DNA of 64,000 nucleotides from Patescibacteria group bacterium (GTDB lineage Bacteria; Patescibacteriota; Minisyncoccia; Minisyncoccales; Staskawiczbacteraceae): NCBI GenBank assembly GCA_038065715.1, contig JBBTQL010000011.1, positions 2,509 to 66,508 of the forward strand, read 5' to 3'. Shown piece by piece: positions 62,068 to 64,000 of this stretch (position 1 is its first letter; each line of letters starts with the position of its first letter). The notes under the pieces were generated by a model. It saw only the letters and a program-made list of their open reading frames with translations, ran no database searches and was not told where the DNA came from. The position numbers and the translations under genes were made by a program.

Positions 62068-62096
62068 ATATTAAACCCTCCTTAACCCAGTGTCAA
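62068..62096 (-). promoter_or_regulatory. candidate sigma70-type promoter of the glycan gene array
   Basis: On the minus strand, TTGACA (62096..62091) is followed by a 17-nt spacer and TAATAT (62073..62068). A second TTGACC lies at 62106..62101. It follows a terminator-like hairpin and precedes 59 co-directional genes. Confidence 0.4.
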
Positions 62097-62120
62097 GAGG
62101 GGTCAAAAAGTGTCATCGTA

Positions 62121-62160
62121 TAAATAAAAAACAAACTAAACAGCTCAGACAGGTCTGAGC
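62121..62160 (-). terminator. rho-independent terminator-like hairpin after the 62195..62761 gene
   Basis: On the minus strand, GCTCAGAC-ct-GTCTGAGC (62160..62143) is followed by the T-rich TGTTTAGTTTGTTTTTTATTTA. Confidence 0.5.
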
Positions 62161-62194
62161 CATTTAAATAATCTTAATTAGTATAACGCTTTAG

Positions 62195-62761
62195 CTAAAT
62201 TTGCGCAGAAACAATGCTGTTTTTTGTAACTTTAAATCTTTTTCTTATCCAGACTTCTGCCAGTTCATAGGCTCCAAAGAATACGCCTGCATAAAATATG
62301 TCTCCTAACAAGCTGTTTTTAAAAAACGGCAGAGCCATAACATAAGATTGGATTAATCCGGAAAAAGTTTTGGCATACCACGGTGAAAATGCCCATACCG
62401 CAAAATTAGTAATAACAAAAAATAAAACAGATGATAAAATCACGCTTCCTGCAACTGTTTGCCATTTTTTATGATTTTTTAGCCAAAAGCCCAAAACTAC
62501 GCATAAAAGAAAACTTCCGTAAACAGAAAGCATTATCAAGGGTTCGTAAAAGCCTAAAAATATGTCTGAAATTGCCATTGCTAAAACAGGAAAAATAAGC
62601 GCTGTTTTTTTAGAAAAATAAACTCCTCCAAATAAGGCAATGGCTGCTATTGGAGTAAAGTTAGGAGCATGAGGCAAAAGCCGCAGGCTAACCCCTATTA
62701 AAACTAAAACTAACGCGGTAATAAATTCTAAATTTTTCATTTTTTTAAATATTTCAAACAT
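62195..62761 (-). CDS. small polytopic membrane protein (ECF S-component-like / putative vitamin transporter)
   Basis: 188 aa with about 5-6 hydrophobic helices. The motif LLPHAPNFTPIAAIALFGG is one I associate with a family of putative small-molecule transport proteins. It is adjacent to a DUF4430 gene. Confidence 0.5.
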   Translation of the reverse strand: MFEIFKKMKNLEFITALVLVLIGVSLRLLPHAPNFTPIAAIALFGGVYFSKKTALIFPVLAMAISDIFLGFYEPLIMLSVYGSFLLCVVLGFWLKNHKKWQTVAGSVILSSVLFFVITNFAVWAFSPWYAKTFSGLIQSYVMALPFFKNSLLGDIFYAGVFFGAYELAEVWIRKRFKVTKNSIVSAQI

Positions 62762-62775
62762 TTTATTATAACTTT

Positions 62776-63231
62776 TTAAAAATTTTCAAATTTATATTCA
62801 ACTTTATCTCTGGCTTTTAAAATCATTTTATCCGCAGAAACCATTGGAGTTTTTCCATTAACATAGTATAGCCAATACTTTTGGTTTTGTCCATTTTCTA
62901 TTTTTCCTATTGCTTCAATAAATATTCCCATATCATATTGTTTGGTTTTTAGAGGCAGAGATAGTTTTTCAACGCCTGCTTTTAACAAATCAAAAGCAGT
63001 CATATTATCTTTAAATTCAACAGAAACAACATTTTTAGTTCCATTTCCGTTATCAACAGTTAAAGTAATTTCTTTTTTTACAGGCTCTGTTGCGGCGTTT
63101 TCTTTTTTTACATCTTGCGAAGTCTCAAGAAAGTTTGCTGAATTCGCCTGCCACAAATTATTTAAGGATATTAAGCCCAAAACAGCAACAATTATTAAAA
63201 TTCCTATTACAATGTAAAAACTTTTTTTCAT
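62776..63231 (-). CDS. DUF4430-domain protein (transcobalamin-beta-domain-like), N-terminal membrane anchor/signal
   Basis: 151 aa. It has an N-terminal hydrophobic segment. The C-terminus has TAFDLLK...FIEAIGKIENGQNQKYWLYYVNG, typical of DUF4430 as I recall it. Confidence 0.6.
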   Translation of the reverse strand: MKKSFYIVIGILIIVAVLGLISLNNLWQANSANFLETSQDVKKENAATEPVKKEITLTVDNGNGTKNVVSVEFKDNMTAFDLLKAGVEKLSLPLKTKQYDMGIFIEAIGKIENGQNQKYWLYYVNGKTPMVSADKMILKARDKVEYKFENF

Positions 63232-63764
63232 TTTTCCTGTTTCTTTTTTAGACGAATTATTGCAAAAAATATAAAAACAATAAAAATAATTAAAAAAAGA
63301 AAAATTAAATACTTTTGATTTTTATATATCCTTGAAAAACTGTCCAAAACAGAAGCTGCAAAAACCCCTGCTCCTTTTTCTGAAAATGTAATTTCTAAAG
63401 GAATTTTTACTCCGGCTGCAGCGCTAAATTCTTTGTCTGACAATGGTTTTGCCACAACAGAAACCATTGTTGAAAAAATTCCTGTTTCCTTGTTTTTTAT
63501 TTCTAAGGCCACTTTCTGCGATTTACCGCCATTTAAAATAAAACTTTCTGGATTTATTTTAATCCAATCAGAGAAATTATCAACATAAACTTCAAACAAA
63601 GCCACATTATTACCCGGGTTTTCTATTGTTATTTCTTTTTTAACTGAATTTGTCCCAGTTTTAATTTTTATTTCCGAGGGGCTTACTTTAATTGACACTG
63701 CCCCAGCATAACTAGCAGCAAAAATAAAAATCGCAACTAAAATCAATATATATTTTTTAACCAT
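63228..63764 (-). CDS. cell-surface protein, Ig-like beta-rich domain with signal peptide and C-terminal membrane anchor
   Basis: 178 aa. It has an N-terminal signal-like segment, a beta-strand-rich middle and a C-terminal hydrophobic helix followed by KKKQEK. Confidence 0.5.
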   Translation of the reverse strand: MVKKYILILVAIFIFAASYAGAVSIKVSPSEIKIKTGTNSVKKEITIENPGNNVALFEVYVDNFSDWIKINPESFILNGGKSQKVALEIKNKETGIFSTMVSVVAKPLSDKEFSAAAGVKIPLEITFSEKGAGVFAASVLDSFSRIYKNQKYLIFLFLIIFIVFIFFAIIRLKKKQEK

Positions 63765-63769
63765 AAAAT

Positions 63770-64000
63770 TTATTTTTTAATTGCCCAAAAAATAATAGAA
63801 CCGTCAACTGAACCAAAATTATCGTTATAATTTAAGGGTATGCTCAATTTTATCGGCACAACTTTATTTTGACCTGTTTCTATTTCAATAGAAAAATCCT
63901 GCCATGATTTTTCAGCTATATTCAAATTATCTTTAAAAACTTTTGCCCCGCTTACCTCTGTTTCCAAATAAATTTTACTGTCATTGTTATTTATGGTTAA
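63770..64000 (-). CDS. hypothetical protein, partial (N-terminus beyond window end)
   Basis: The track start at 63967 is a TTG. Hand translation shows the frame stays open to position 64000 (..LTINNNDSKIYLETEVSGAK..). It is probably the C-terminus of a surface protein. Confidence 0.5.
   Translation of the reverse strand, partial: LTINNNDSKIYLETEVSGAKVFKDNLNIAEKSWQDFSIEIETGQNKVVPIKLSIPLNYNDNFGSVDGSIIFWAIKK

Noticed and set aside
62061-62069. The mini-ORF ATG-AAG-TAA with a perfect AAGGAGG 7 nt upstream, treated as a real coding feature.
   Set aside because: With only two codons it cannot be called a gene. It overlaps the best -10 candidate, so the two readings conflict. I kept it only as part of the leader finding.

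Overview
This is an AT-rich bacterial window: the ordinary lines I counted are about 30% G+C. Almost all of it is one very large co-directional glycan (sugar-nucleotide) biosynthesis locus. By my count, 59 consecutive minus-strand CDSs run from a sigma70-like promoter at about 62.07-62.10 kb to beyond position 1. About 35 gene junctions overlap. The run is interrupted once, by a GC-rich plus-strand gene. The modules I can recognise are listed below.

- **(i) 0.6-8.8 kb:** GT4 glycosyltransferases, WecB, a short UDP-sugar dehydrogenase and an SDR epimerase.
- **(ii) 10.3-15.5 kb:** an ADP-L-glycero-D-manno-heptose pathway with a split HldE. It comprises HldD, an HldC-GmhB fusion, HldA, a PMI-type cupin and a GT9 heptosyltransferase.
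- **(iii) 15.5-23 kb:** WbqC, methyltransferases, GT4, a KpsS-like protein, a Wzx flippase and GT2.
- **(iv) 23-42 kb:** a CDP-3,6-dideoxyhexose pathway (RfbF, a 4,6-dehydratase-like SDR, the RfbH/E1 dehydrase). It also holds a YerE-like TPP enzyme, two methyltransferases, a NeuB-like enzyme fused to a cupin, and six radical SAM enzymes.
- **(v) 42-60.7 kb:** a pseudaminic/legionaminic-acid-like nonulosonate pathway (PseB-like, PseC-like, GNAT, SpsC/E/F-like genes). It includes an FkbH/ACP/AcpS acyl-loading set and a seventh radical SAM enzyme.
- **(vi) 60.7-62 kb:** an HTH gene and a GC-rich HprK-like P-loop kinase at the head of the array.
- **(vii) 62.2-64 kb:** a separate small-membrane/DUF4430 (B12-binding-type)/surface-protein group.

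The most unusual features are:
- the density of radical SAM enzymes inside a nucleotide-sugar pathway;
- the GC-rich antisense Nudix-like gene that splits the heptose genes;
- several domain fusions;
- an in-frame 12-bp tandem repeat in the TPP enzyme.

All family calls rest on motif recognition by eye from the supplied translations. No searches were run. Start codons are uncertain because the ORF track also uses non-ATG starts. I saw no rRNA, tRNA, CRISPR array, transposase or integrase.
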